Shown: positions 50,603 through 62,477, numbered from the whole stretch's first letter. The stretch is DNA of 63,190 nt, filler included, from Folioceros fuciformis (GCA_049999805.1; 37 parts of 37 records of this genome joined end to end with filler, not necessarily neighbours in it), one strand, 5' to 3'. Numbers and translations are program-made. Notes: generated by a model from the sequence alone, not told the origin.

Positions 50603-50887
50603 TGTGAACCTCCAAAGTTTGGGGTAGTAGTTTGTTTTGGTTGAAAAAGGGTTAAGAGTGGTATGGTTTGGTTTTCTTTTTCAGCTTATTTTCCCTAATT
50701 TTCCTTTATTTTCTGGTCATTTTTCCTATTTTTCTTTGTGCTAATTAGGTTAATTGACCAGAAAATAGTTGGTTTGGTTATAAGAGTGGGTATAGGTTTG
50801 GTCCCAGACATGGGAAGGTTTAGGTTTGGTACCAGGCCATAGGGTTGGGTGATTAGTTTAATATTAATTAAAGATATATAATATTAA

Positions 50888-50934
<47 letters not shown>

Positions 50935-51051
50935 GTTTGAACATAGGAACGGGCATCTGGGTATGTCAGTGTCAGGGGTCAAGGTCTGACGATAGGCTGG
51001 CTGGTTGCTTGGCTGGCATGAACGGCCATGGAGGCCATGCCCTAGCTAGAG
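50603..51051 (+). mobile_element. LTR-1 5' end with expanded (AAT)n
   Basis: TGTGAACC start; pure AAT run at ~50890-50933. Confidence 0.85.
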
Positions 51052-51151
51052 NNNNNNNNNNNNNNNNNNNNNNNNNNNNNNNNNNNNNNNNNNNNTTAAT
51101 TAATTAANNNNNNNNNNNNNNNNNNNNNNNNNNNNNNNNNNNNNNNNNNNN

Positions 51152-51877
51152 GATACTGTTCTCGCTCCTTTTCCAATTCCTGCACTTTGGATTCTAGTTG
51201 TGCCTGGTTTGCATCCCGACTTATGTCCTCCTGTAGTAGGGTTGCAATCATTGCACGGGCCTCTCCCCAATTGATGTGTTGTAGCTGTTGGCCACACTGA
51301 ATGATGTTGCTCCACTCTCCCAACGAAGTATCGTTATCTTGGCTTGTGGCGTGTGCTCCTCGGGCTGCTTCCCAATTCACTGGGCTCCTTCTCCCCAAGG
51401 GTTGTCCAGAAATCATCTGGTGCTCGATTGTGTGCTTGCACTACTGGTGTCATCGCCAAATCCCCTACCTGGTACCCTACCTCAAGTATTGGCTGGCTTG
51501 GTCCAAGATCCCAATACCATCGCTCTCCTCTTTCGACCTACCATACACCTGTCGGATGCTCCGAACAGTCCACACCGAGGGTCAGTCCTCGCGTTTCGTT
51601 CAGGTAGGGCTTCCAACTCCTCCTTTGATTGCTGTAGGTTGGTATAGCACTCCTTCACCAAGCCTTCATGAACATATGCCCAATGTCTGCCATATATCCA
51701 GTCAAGCTAGATGTTTGCGTCACATGCCCAAGTCCGTAGGTCTATTAAATCTCTTGAGTTCAGTTGGCCCCCAAAGCAAGGAAAGGACGGAACATTGGTT
51801 TGGGGAGAGCTAGCTACCCTCATGGGTCGTCCCCTACTACCGGAACCCACCTGAGTATTGTTGGAGGTCCGCGCCAT
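51152..51877 (-). pseudogene. N-terminal part of a coiled-coil ORF remnant
   Basis: MARTSNN.. with stops/frameshifts, ending QAQLESKVQELEKEREQY, which continues at 33263. Confidence 0.5.
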
Positions 51878-52649
51878 AGTTGATAGAAGAAAACCCAAAT
51901 AATGTCGGTTGCCCTCCTTTACGCAAGGTTATACCCCTACCTCCGTAGGCAACTGCTCCCAGCTTATGTGCAGCTGATTTCACATCCCTTGCACGTTTCT
52001 CCCTATGGCTCTCACCACAGCAAAGCCCTTTCTCTCTCTTTGAGTCCGCTTGGTTACAGCAAGTAGGTCCCCGGCGTAGGTGTCTTGTCGCACAACTACT
52101 TCCTTATTCCCCGCTATGTAGGTAGATGTAGTTCCCTACGTGGAGGTGAGCACCCTTCGTTGATGGGACACCTTAGGTAGGGACCCCTTTAAATACCCTC
52201 TTGTCGTAGGTATACTTCTATATGTAGTAACTGCCCTTAATAGATACCCTACATAGGTGTCCCCTTTTCTATAGNNNNNNNNNNNNNNNNNNNNNNNNNN
52301 NNNNNNNNNNNNNNNNNNTTAATTAATTAANNNNNNNNNNNNNNNNNNNNNNNNNNNNNNNNNNNNNNNNNNNNCGGCGGCGTCTCAAGCCTGCACATAA
52401 ACTGCAGTTCAAGGTGGCGGCAACCTGGACGGGACAGCAACGAAGAAGTGGATAACGTTTCGTCTAGTTACGTTTCTTTAGCTTGAAGTTCGTAGAATTC
52501 TTACTTTTAGGTTAGTTATTAAAACTATATAACTAGCCTAACTCCTGAGTGGGAGTGAAACAATAGTTAAGTTAGTACAGTCATTAGGCTAGGATTAAAC
52601 CCGAACTCGACGGGTTCTGGTCGTTGTAACTGTTTCACGTGACACACAA

Positions 52650-53200
52650 AAGTGTGCCACGCCTGATGAATCGATTGATCCTAAACAAGCTAAACTTCGC
52701 ACAACTTTCTACATAGAGCTAAAGTCCTCTCCACTTCGATTCCAGAGGAAGTTGGACAACACCTATTGCAAGTGTCTAAACTCCACCTTCGAGGGTGCCC
52801 ATAAGAAGACATAATACCATAGGGATGCGGTTAGGATGTGATTGATCACCACCAATCTCTTTGCAAAATTCAATTCTAGTAGATGAAGACCTACTGCTTT
52901 CGGATGAACCTTTGAATCACAAATTTTCCAATTTCATTGTTCTTCTTAATCTCTTGGAAAGGCAAGCCAAGGTATTTGTGTAAGAATATGTAGGGCCCTT
53001 GTATCATGTGGCTGATGCACTAAGGTGCTTCTTTCCCCATGTTCAAGCATATCATGTGCGTCTTCCCCTAGTTGACCTTGTATCCTGAAAGTTGACCAAA
53101 GAGCTGACTAAAAGACCCGCAAATGCTAAGTTAGAAACCTAACTATTAAAAATGCCAAAAGACATATGCACCAAGTTTGTGAGGTTTAAATTCATGGTTA
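52650..53200 (-). mobile_element. L1-type LINE ORF2 remnant, related to 3656-4453
   Basis: Minus strand reads KYLGLPFQE (~52951-52977) and ASLWYYVFLWAP (~52793-52828); not in the ORF track; boundaries approximate. Confidence 0.8.
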
Positions 53201-53492
53201 GGAAAGGATGGCCTAGACAAATTAGGCAAATTGCTTGGACAATCCATTGGGATTTCAAGTTCGAGTAAGGGAAGAGAGTAGGGGGCTAGGATCATGTCGA
53301 GGAAAGAAATTAAAACTACAGGCAACAAGGGGGCTATGGTGCCAAGATAGAGTGGGGGTTTGGGATCATGTCAAGGAAAGAAATGAGAAGAANNNNNNNN
53401 NNNNNNNNNNNNNNNNNNNNNNNNNNNNNNNNNNNNTTAATTAATTAANNNNNNNNNNNNNNNNNNNNNNNNNNNNNNNNNNNNNNNNNNNN

Positions 53493-53589
53493 CTAAGTTC
53501 ACTAATAACTAGAACTAGTCTAGTATGAACCCAACTGGGATAACTAACACCACATGAGTTTAGCTCATATAGAGCTCGATAACTCAACA
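53493..53589 (-). mobile_element. LTR-D terminus
   Basis: Reverse complement of 8131-8227. Confidence 0.8.
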
Positions 53590-53591
53590 GC

Positions 53592-54204
53592 AACTTCATA
53601 AGAGGACCCTCAGTTCACAACCAGGTGAGGGACAATGCAGATAGGGTGCAGATGAGGGTGTGGATGCGGAGGTGGGGAAGGGGAAGGGGGGAGGGCCATG
53701 AAGGAAAATGCTAACTACAAGGTTGGTACACCTTGGCTACAGAGAACCGAACACTTCTGGAGGTTGTTGAAGGACAAGTGGGGCTACCTTTACAAGGGGT
53801 ACATGCATGATCTACAGGCCAGCCTAGAGCTGGATACAACAAACCCGTGGCATGTGCACTCGCTGCATGCAGCGTTCATGCCAACGATGAAGAAGGAGCT
53901 TGCAACATTCATTTGGGTGTGGAATCTGCACAGGGTCTGGAAAATGAAATCTGGAGATGGGGACATTCTTGGACACGTTCCCACAAAGGCATTCCAAGAA
54001 GCTAAAAGGCTTGCATGGATAGTGGCACTGCCTGCGTATGGTGTGGACAATGAGGACGATGGCGACTATAGCATTCCGGGACCGCAGTTTGGTCATAACG
54101 ATGCACCTGAAGCACCTACATTGCAAGCAGTTGCACTACTCTCCGAGGTAAGCCACTTGTATAATCTGCGGTCCCAAAGGAGGGAGAGTATGAACTACCA
54201 CTAA
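53592..54204 (+). mobile_element. Intron-containing integrase-core (IS3/IS481-like eukaryotic DDE) transposase, C-terminal fragment
   Basis: Exon 53592-53624 NFIRGPSVHNQ, 118-nt GT-AG intron with GCTAAC branch site, exon 53743-54204 RTEHFWR..LQASLELDTTNPWHVHSLHAAFMP..ELATFIWVWNLHRV. Splicing restores GxSxHNQRxExxW, followed by LD..N..H..LH..F.P..L..F...WN.H. Confidence 0.75.
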
Positions 54205-54899
54205 CAACGTGCACGGGGGAACAGGAGTTAAAAGATGCAAGGGACAGGGCATTCGAGGCTGGACTGAAGTGCACAAACAACAAGTTATGCGCCTAATAGT
54301 CGTATTCCGCCAAATCGGGCTTCAGATGATTTTCTACGTTATTTTTTGTGGCACATATCCATGATTCATGCTATTTGGTGTGGAAGACCCCCAAATATAC
54401 TGAACAACGGTCACGACACACTTCGTATTCATCATGTTTACCAAGAAACTAGGCGAAATTGTGGGTTTCCAGCAGTAAAATTCCTTGATACTATCCAGTT
54501 CCACGGTTGGTCTGACACTACCGACTGCATCTAGACGGGATGACAATTTCAAAATCGGCATTACTAGAAATTGGAAAATGTGAGGGGTTTTTTAATATTG
54601 ACCATTTACGCATACCTGCGCTGATATATCGACGCACAGTTGTAATGAGTGCCCCGGTAGACCGGCGCACTCCTTCAGGAAGTGCCCTGAGTAGCTGGTG
54701 AAAACCCAGATCAGGTTTGGGGAAAGTGCAACACAACCATTCAAAATGGTTCGCCGATAGGCCGGCACACACATAAGCCAAGTGCGCCGCTCTATACACN
54801 NNNNNNNNNNNNNNNNNNNNNNNNNNNNNNNNNNNNNNNNNNNTTAATTAATTAANNNNNNNNNNNNNNNNNNNNNNNNNNNNNNNNNNNNNNNNNNNN

Positions 54900-55262
54900 A
54901 CTTGTTCCTATGTTCAAACCATTATTATATTATTATATCATTATATCATTTAATAGTATTATATTATTATTTAATCATTTAATATTATATATATTTAATT
55001 AATATTAAACTAATCACCCAACCCTATGGCCTGGTACCGAACCTAAACCTTCCCAGGTCTGGGACCAAACCTATACCCACTCTTATAACCAAACCAACTA
55101 TTTCCTGATCAATTAACCTAATTAACACAAAGAAAAATAGGAAAAATGACCAGAAAATCAAGGAAATTAGGGAAAATAAGTTGAAAAAGAAAACCAAACC
55201 ATACCACTATTAACCCTTTTTCAACCAAAACAAACTCCTACCCCAAACTTTGGAGGTTCACA
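54900..55262 (-). mobile_element. LTR-1 5' end
   Basis: Ends GGAGGTTCACA on +. Confidence 0.85.
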
Positions 55263-55688
55263 GCCACCTAAACCATCGTATCCTCCGTCGAGACCAGCGT
55301 ACCAGTTCGCTCCTCCGAGAGCTCCCAATTCAGGATAAAATCCTGCATAGGGATTAGGAAAGACTCCACCACTTCCAGCATAGGGATTTGGATTGGGGAA
55401 GACTCCTCTAGTTGTAGCGGAGACTCCAGATGGCGCAGAAGCTCTGCTAGGAGTGGTATTTGCCGCTACCTGACCTGCAGCCGCTCTCCTTGGGATAGAA
55501 GAGCCTGTAGTCTGGGTTGCGACCCCAGTAGCCTGAGATGCGGTGCCTGTTGCCGGAGAACTGCTATTGCTCGTGATCGGTGCAGAGCTCCCGTTACCTC
55601 CTGCACTCGTTGCAAAGGAATCGGAGCCATCTGCATCACCCGAGTCGTCCCCAGTCCCGGAGCCGAACAGGAAGCCGCCATAGCTCAT
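55263..55688 (-). CDS. Hypothetical Gly/Ser/Ala/Thr-rich N-terminus truncated by LTR-1
   Basis: 142 open codons from ATG (GCACCATG context) to the LTR junction; duplicated GVFPNP(NP)YAG; no recognisable domain. Confidence 0.4.
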
Positions 55689-56177
55689 GGTGCCAGATGG
55701 ATCGCTGACTTAGTGGGAAGATCAGAGGCGACACAAGCTGGTCATGCCGTCAGAGGTGTGTGGGGGTAGATGAAATTGTGAAGCGTCGCAGGAATTCGAC
55801 GGCCACAGGAAACGGCAGTTAGGGGTATGAGACGTTCCGGCCCCCAGCTAATGCACCGATTCAGCCTTGCTTGGAAAATGCCTTCCACGCTGTAACCTGT
55901 CAGAGAGGCGTGAGCAATGAATCGCACCTCTTCACATCTCTCCTTTTTGCAGCCTGCTCTCCAGCGATGATGGTTGCTGGATGTCGCAACCAGGCGTGCG
56001 CTTCAGAGCAGAGATTGATGAAGAATTGATCCAAGGTCGTGGGCTCGATGTTGAATCCTGAGATTATTCCCCGGAAGNNNNNNNNNNNNNNNNNNNNNNN
56101 NNNNNNNNNNNNNNNNNNNNNTTAATTAATTAANNNNNNNNNNNNNNNNNNNNNNNNNNNNNNNNNNNNNNNNNNNN

Positions 56178-57356
56178 TGGTTCTCCATGTCTATGGTCTA
56201 GCCAACGACTTGGGACTTCAAGTCCCGTCAATTCCTATAAGTACTTGTCCTGCTCTTGCCGGTACCTCGTGGATCCCTTCTACAGCTCGGTGGTATGTCC
56301 GGCTGCCTTCTCCTTTATTGCAGATAACTAAGTGGCCAGCTCACTCATCCTCTGCTGAAGGGCGATATTTTCACCCTCTAGAGCCACCACCTGTCCGAAG
56401 GACCATGCAAGTCCTTCCGCCACACTGGCCACAATTCCTTAGGCCTCCTTGTCACGGGCAAGCGCCATTAGAGGCAGATAACCCGCTGTAAGCCACGATC
56501 ACGGCGATAGTAGTAGTTGTCTCGGGCGGATAAACTACTCTAAGCCACGATCAAGGCGAGGTTATCACCGCAATTCGTGGCCTATACTTTGCAAGCTTGA
56601 GCTTTTATGCCCAGGTCCGTGGCTAGCAGGGGGACTAATTTCTAATACAAGTGCATTCCCGTATCTGTTTCTTGCTCGATGAAATCCGGTTCATGACAAC
56701 TGGTATGAGAGCCCAGGTCGATCGGTGCAACTGATTAGAGCCTTGGGTTTAAGGTAGAGGTGTGCGGGCCGCTTATTGTGTCATCGGAAGTATCGCCATG
56801 GAGGGAGCCGATCTTGATCCTACTCGACTAGCCTTGATGCCTGCCGAAGCTCACTGTGAGCTAATGCAATTCGAGACGCGTTGTGCGGAGGGGGACACCC
56901 ATGTAGCCCAGAGGGGGACACCCATGTAGCCCAGTTGGAGGCCACGGCTGTACAAGTTGTAGCGGCTCAGGCAGCAGCTGCTCCGCAGTGGCCGCAACGG
57001 CTGCAGCTACTCAACAGCAGCTACAAGGGGCAGTGGGTGGGTCAAAGATCTCTAGGCTTGACAATTTCGAAGACAAGGAGGATTTTGTGGAGGTCAAGCT
57101 CCGGCTTCATCAAGTGCTGACATATATTCAACTAAACAAGGTTGACGCGGGGCGGGAGGTATAGACGGCGGCTACATACCTGAAGGGGGCGGCCCTATAG
57201 TGGTGGGTGAAGTTGCTTCAATCGATTTCGCGGGGGGCGGCAGTAGAGCCTCGGAGGCTTGACGAGTTTCTACAACTAGTCCATGCACAATTTGTGCCCT
57301 TGGAAGCAAGGCAGGTCGCTCGGGAGAAGCTGGCTCGATTGACACAACAGACTGGT
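56178..57356 (+). mobile_element. Ty3/gypsy (chromovirus-like) 5' LTR end (56698), iMet-type PBS (56701-56713) and decayed gag (ATG 56798)
   Basis: TCATGACA-AC-TGGTATGAGAGCC; AATYLKGAAL*WW..EFLQLVHAQFVP..AREKLARLTQQTG resembles Retrotrans_gag; similarity ends at TGTGGCATAC (57357). Confidence 0.8.
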
Positions 57357-57679
57357 TGTGGCATACACTTGCCCACCACACTCCCGAGATGTGCTCATCT
57401 CGGCCACCCTGTACCACCGACCTGGACGGACGGCCCGAGGCGAGCCCAGCCGATCGGCCAAGCTCGCCTCCACGCCCGCCCCACATGTCACTCATCGCGT
57501 ACTATGGCAGTAGTGGGCACACAAGCCAGCGGAGGGCCTCGCAAGACCCTCGGCGCCCGCAAGTCCGCCCTTGCCTTTCNNNNNNNNNNNNNNNNNNNNN
57601 NNNNNNNNNNNNNNNNNNNNNNNTTAATTAATTAANNNNNNNNNNNNNNNNNNNNNNNNNNNNNNNNNNNNNNNNNNNN

Positions 57680-58064
57680 GTCAGACCCTGACCCCTGACA
57701 CTGACATACCCAGATACCCGTTCCTATGTTCAAACCATTATTATATTTTTATTATTATTTAATATTATTATTTAATCATTTAATATTATATATCTTTAAT
57801 TAATATTAAACTAATCACCCAACCCTATGGCCTGGTACCGAACCTAAACCTTCCCAGCTCTGGGACCAAACCTATACCCACTCTTATAACCAAACCAACT
57901 ATTTTCTGGTCAATTAACCCAATTAGCACAAAGAAAAATAGGAAAAATGACCAGAAAATCAAGGAAAAATAGGGAAAATAAGTTGAAAAAGAAAACCAAA
58001 CCATACCACTATTAACCCTTTTTCAACCAAAACAAACTACTACCCCAAACTTTGGAGGTTCACA
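57680..58064 (-). mobile_element. LTR-1 5' end
   Basis: Ends GGAGGTTCACA on +. Confidence 0.85.
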
Positions 58065-59149
58065 GCTAGTAAATCACGCTCTAAGCTGCAATACAAGGAT
58101 CAATCACATTGAGGACATACTCAGCCACAATCCCAATTCCAGAAAACACCAAATTGTTTAGGATTGCCTCCCTATGACACAACACTACAAGGTGTGACTT
58201 CAACAACTAACTAGTCCTACCCTAATCTCTCCTTTTGCCTAGTGCTTGCCCTTGCATCTCCATCTTCATGCTCCAGCATCAGCTACACTTGCACGTCTTT
58301 ATCTCATGATCAGCCTGCAACGTAACCCTAGCTATGCCCTTCTCCCACGTTGAGTAGGAAAGGTTGCAGCCTGAACCATCTTAGGAGTTTCCAAGGTTTC
58401 ACTCACATTCTTTGCATAGCGAAGCTAGGGAGTGAGCTAGGGAGCGAAGTTGAGTGATAAACATTTCGTTAAACCAAAGAAAATGCAAGGAAAACCTTGG
58501 AGAAGTTTTCAAGGTGTTCCACTAAGTGAATCTAGGCAACAAATGGTTGTTAGTGTGACAAAGAAGGTGCTCACTGGCTTGTTGAACTTGAATGGGATGG
58601 CGAAAGAAATTATTGCATGTTACCAGGTTGCAATGGCGAAACACCTTGGCTGCGTCTCATTTGAGATGGTCTGAAAAGAGTATTTGTTGCACTCAACTGA
58701 CGAGGCCATTGCAAGGTTGTAAACTGCATTTAAGGGGAAGGTTTGTAGTTTTATTATGTCTCTTTGCATGATGCAAGTCTAGTACGCTAAACCATTCTAA
58801 CGTTTTGACTTTTAAATAAGACAACATGCTAAGGATGTTGAGGATTTAAAGAAGTTGCCTGAAGACTTCTAAGCTTTTATTCTAGAAGTGCACACTTGGA
58901 AAGGATTAGAGGATGAGCAACGTGCGATGGCAGATGTGGACATGGAGGAGGGTTTGCAGCCTTTCACGGCACCTATGGTGGAAACAATTGTGCATTACCA
59001 AGTGGTGGGTAGGGATGCAACTGACATGAGAGGGTTCTTGCAGGTAAGGNNNNNNNNNNNNNNNNNNNNNNNNNNNNNNNNNNNNNNNNNNNNTTAATTA
59101 ATTAANNNNNNNNNNNNNNNNNNNNNNNNNNNNNNNNNNNNNNNNNNNN

Positions 59150-59334
59150 ACTCTTACAACCAAACCCACTATTTCCTGGTCAATTAACCCAATTAGCACA
59201 AAGAAAAATAGGAAAAATGACCAGAAAATCAAGGAAAATTAGGGAAAATAAGTTGAAAAAGAAAACCAAACCATACCACTATTAACCCTTTTTCAACCAA
59301 AACAAACTACTACCCCAAACTTTGGAGGTTCACA
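59150..59334 (-). mobile_element. LTR-1 5' end
   Basis: Ends GGAGGTTCACA on +. Confidence 0.85.
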
Positions 59335-59372
59335 CCTTTGAAGCTGAAAAGTGATGTCTTTGAGACCATTGT

Positions 59373-60631
59373 TGTAGGGTTATTAAAGCCCAATGTGATT
59401 AGACTAATGTGTTTAGTCTAAGATTAGTGTCTAGCTAAATATCATTAGTTTAGATTAGCTTAAGCTAATCTGTAGGAAGCTTCTTGCGTAGCTTCCTGTG
59501 CGCTCCTTGTGAAGCTTCCTAGGGAGCTCTTCTAGAGGGTATAAATACCCCCTTGAGCTCCCTTGCTATTGAGACTCTATTGTGAGAGTGTGATGTCGCT
59601 TTCTCCTCCTCCTTGCCTCTCCTCCTCTCCTCCTTCACCATGTAGCTCCTTGTAGCGATCCTACAAGTGGTATCAGAGCTTGGAGTGGAGCAAGATGGTG
59701 AGGGCTCTAGACGGACGAGGTGGTGCGCAAGACAGCTGTGAGGATGGCAACATTAGACTGACCGAAATCCATGTGCGACATCCAGAGGTGCAAGGGCGGA
59801 GCCCGGAGGTATGGGGTGTGCCCCAGGTGCGGGGCGATACCAGCCCAAGGGTGCACAGGGAGCCGTAGGCGCACGAGGTGCCTCGGCGCAGGCGCACAGG
59901 GCTGTGGCGGGCTTGCCGCCCTAGCTGCGCGCGGGCTGCCATCCCCCCCGGGCGCTAGCCCAGCCAGGATGCCCAGCTAGCGGGGCGGTCGTCCAGGCCG
60001 GGTTGCCGCCAAACCTAGGCCCCGGCCACCCCTCTCAGGGGGGCATCAGGCCGCCCGCGGGGGCCGACAGCCGGGGCGTAAGCACAGCCAGGGGGCCAGC
60101 CGAGCCCGGGGCGCCAGGACCCTAGCCGGCACGCCTGACCCCGGCTGCGCGGGTCGTTAGGCCCAGGCCGGCACGGCCACTGGCTCCGCAGCCAGACGAT
60201 GCCGGGGCACCGCCAGGGTGCGGCTAGGCAGGCCGCTAGGCGCAGAGTAAGCGGCAGGCTCCAATCCCGGCCGGCGAATAGCAGTGGCGCCGATGGGTGC
60301 CAGTCACAGCCGGCGGACGTGAACCCCGCGGACGGGCGAGGCTACAAAGCCAAATCGCGGGGTGTCGTCGCATGTGGGAGTTGCTAATGTTGAGCATTGG
60401 ATTGAAAGTGCCGGAGCCTCGACGTCGAGAGCGAGGGCACGGATGCCGAACCGATCCCGGCTGCAAGGCGTCAAGATCTCGATCAGACGACATGAGACAT
60501 TCCAGTTGTGAGCGACTGAGGCCCAAGTTGTGGACATCCGATTCAGAACAACTTGTGAGGGTAACCTTAAAAATCTACATTACATTCCGACCGTTTTCTA
60601 ACTAGCCTTTTGGTTGATTTGCATCGATTTT
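59373..60631 (+). mobile_element. LTR-E copia complete 5' LTR (59373-59665, TG..CA), PBS (59668-59679) and ~950-nt leader
   Basis: TGTAGGG...CCTACA-AG-TGGTATCAGAGC; ~60494-60631 matches ~14396-14533 just upstream of the gag ATG at 14541. Confidence 0.92.
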
Positions 60632-60731
60632 NNNNNNNNNNNNNNNNNNNNNNNNNNNNNNNNNNNNNNNNNNNNTTAATTAATTAANNNNNNNNNNNNN
60701 NNNNNNNNNNNNNNNNNNNNNNNNNNNNNNN

Positions 60732-60937
60732 AGGCCTGTCCTACGCCTGATCGGAGCTGGAGGGGAGCCCTCGAATCCGTCATCGAGTCGATCAAGTCCG
60801 ACCCTCCATCCACAGCAGCAAGGAACCCCATCGCTCCTTCGTGGGAACGAAACCCAATGTCTCAACGACAGTGGGATAAGTGTGGCCACTAAAGGTGGAA
60901 CCCGTCGGCAATCAGTGCCCGGGGTTTTGCCTCCACA
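60732..60937 (+). mobile_element. LTR-1 3' end
   Basis: Ends GGGGTTTTGCCTCCACA, inserted in a LINE. Confidence 0.85.
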
Positions 60938-61786
60938 GCATACATCAATTTGATCGCCGCATTCTCGTCCCCCTGTGCAACTTCCTGCCAGATGTTTTTG
61001 ATATCTTCAAAGACACCTTTCTCCTTCAGAAAGGAGGTGTTCATCCGAAAATGTTGCATGTGCCTCCTTGGGCGCTCCGACCCAGGAGCGAGCCTCAAAT
61101 GCAAGCTAATAGGGTGGTGGTTAGAAGTATCGTACCAGCGAGAATACTGTATGACTAAACGAAAGCCAACCACCCTGAGGGTAGATAAAACCTGTCCAAC
61201 TCGCGCGCTCCCAGATTCTGGTGTTGTTGGTTGGACCAGCTAAACATCAAGGACTGTGGTTGGCGATCGCCGGAAGGGCCACCTAAGGATCCTGCACCGC
61301 TAAGACCGTATCTCTCAGCTCCTGCCAAGACATAGGCACCGCGTGAACATCAACTGGGCTATCCCCACGAATGTCCTCACGGCGTTCAACAAAGTTGAAG
61401 TTGCCAACTAGCAGCCACGGAATCTGCACATCAAGCTACTCACCAAGCCTGCACCAGAGGGTATTCCTGTCAACAGCAGCATTAGGCGCGTAAATATTGC
61501 AAATTCCAACCGGACCTTGAGGAGTTTGCAGCACCAGCCACACAAACCTCCCATCCTCATCTTGCCCCGATTCCAGAATGTTATGGGTTTGCTCAGGATG
61601 AACTGTAATGGACACTCCTCTGCGGGTCGCTGAAACTTGTTGAGAGAAGATTTGACCCCCGCTTGTCTCTCTTGCTCTAGCAGCTGCCCAAACTGTTCTC
61701 CCATGAAGAAAGATTTTCTTCACTTTCTGGATATGCTCCAGCGACAGTTTATGCTCTTGCAAGCACACCACATCCCATGTGACTTC
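60938..61786 (-). mobile_element. L1-type LINE ORF2 APE-like endonuclease domain (degenerate)
   Basis: DVVCLQEHK..RGVSI..DEDGRFVWL..ICNIYAPN..W, PWLLVGNFN, LDRFYL, SNHHPI, FRMNTSFL. Confidence 0.92.
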
Positions 61787-61886
61787 NNNNNNNNNNNNNN
61801 NNNNNNNNNNNNNNNNNNNNNNNNNNNNNNTTAATTAATTAANNNNNNNNNNNNNNNNNNNNNNNNNNNNNNNNNNNNNNNNNNNN

Positions 61887-62477
61887 GTTCGTCGCCACTC
61901 GACTACCAGTAGCCCCTTCGGCTATGTCCGTCGCCACTCGACTACCAGTAGCCCCATCGGCTACCAGCTACTACCGGACCATAGCCGCTATCAACCTTGG
62001 TAAATCCTCCTACTGAAGAGTTGCGCCAGTAGCCATCCCTCTGTCCAATATTCCCTTCCCCAACAGGGTGCGCACTTTAGCTAGCTCTTCTGTCTACAAA
62101 TTCGCCGCCAAAGGGGTGCCCTTAAAGACTTCTTCCCGCCTAGGGAAGAGTTCCACCACCGGGGTCAGACCTAATTTCTCCGAAACTCCTGCAGCCACAT
62201 CAGCGGACCTCTCCTCTGCCGTCGGTGCCTCTTGATCGGGTTCTGCGAATGGGGTGTCCTGTTGCTTGGTCTCTATTTTCCTGGTTGTCTCCTGCAGCGC
62301 CAGGTTCATGTTAGACCTAGTGAAGCGCGTATCCGCCTTCTTCCTCTTCGCATGAGTTTTCTTGCTCCTTCCTGCTTTCCGTTTCCTGCTGACAGTGACC
62401 TCCTCTTTAGAGCTACTAGTCGCTCCAGATTCCTAGTTGCTGAACTCCGGCTCTACCCCTTCCTTGGACTCCTATGG
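61887..62477 (-). pseudogene. Third copy of the repeat-borne ORF (N-terminal part)
   Basis: VSEKLGLTPVVELFPRREEVFKGTPLAANL*TEELAKVRTLLGKGILDRGMATG matches ~29840-30000. Confidence 0.65.

Noticed and set aside
51850..51877. Histone H3 tail mimic (MART start; also at 2039)
   Set aside because: Similarity stops after four residues; no KQTARK.
58450..59049. Possible host exon ending at CAG|GTAAGG
   Set aside because: Multiple stops and no recognisable domain.
1311..61842. Regularly recurring TTAATTAATTAA as a biological repeat or CRISPR-like array
   Set aside because: Always flanked by N runs totalling exactly 100 nt with it; a synthetic linker.
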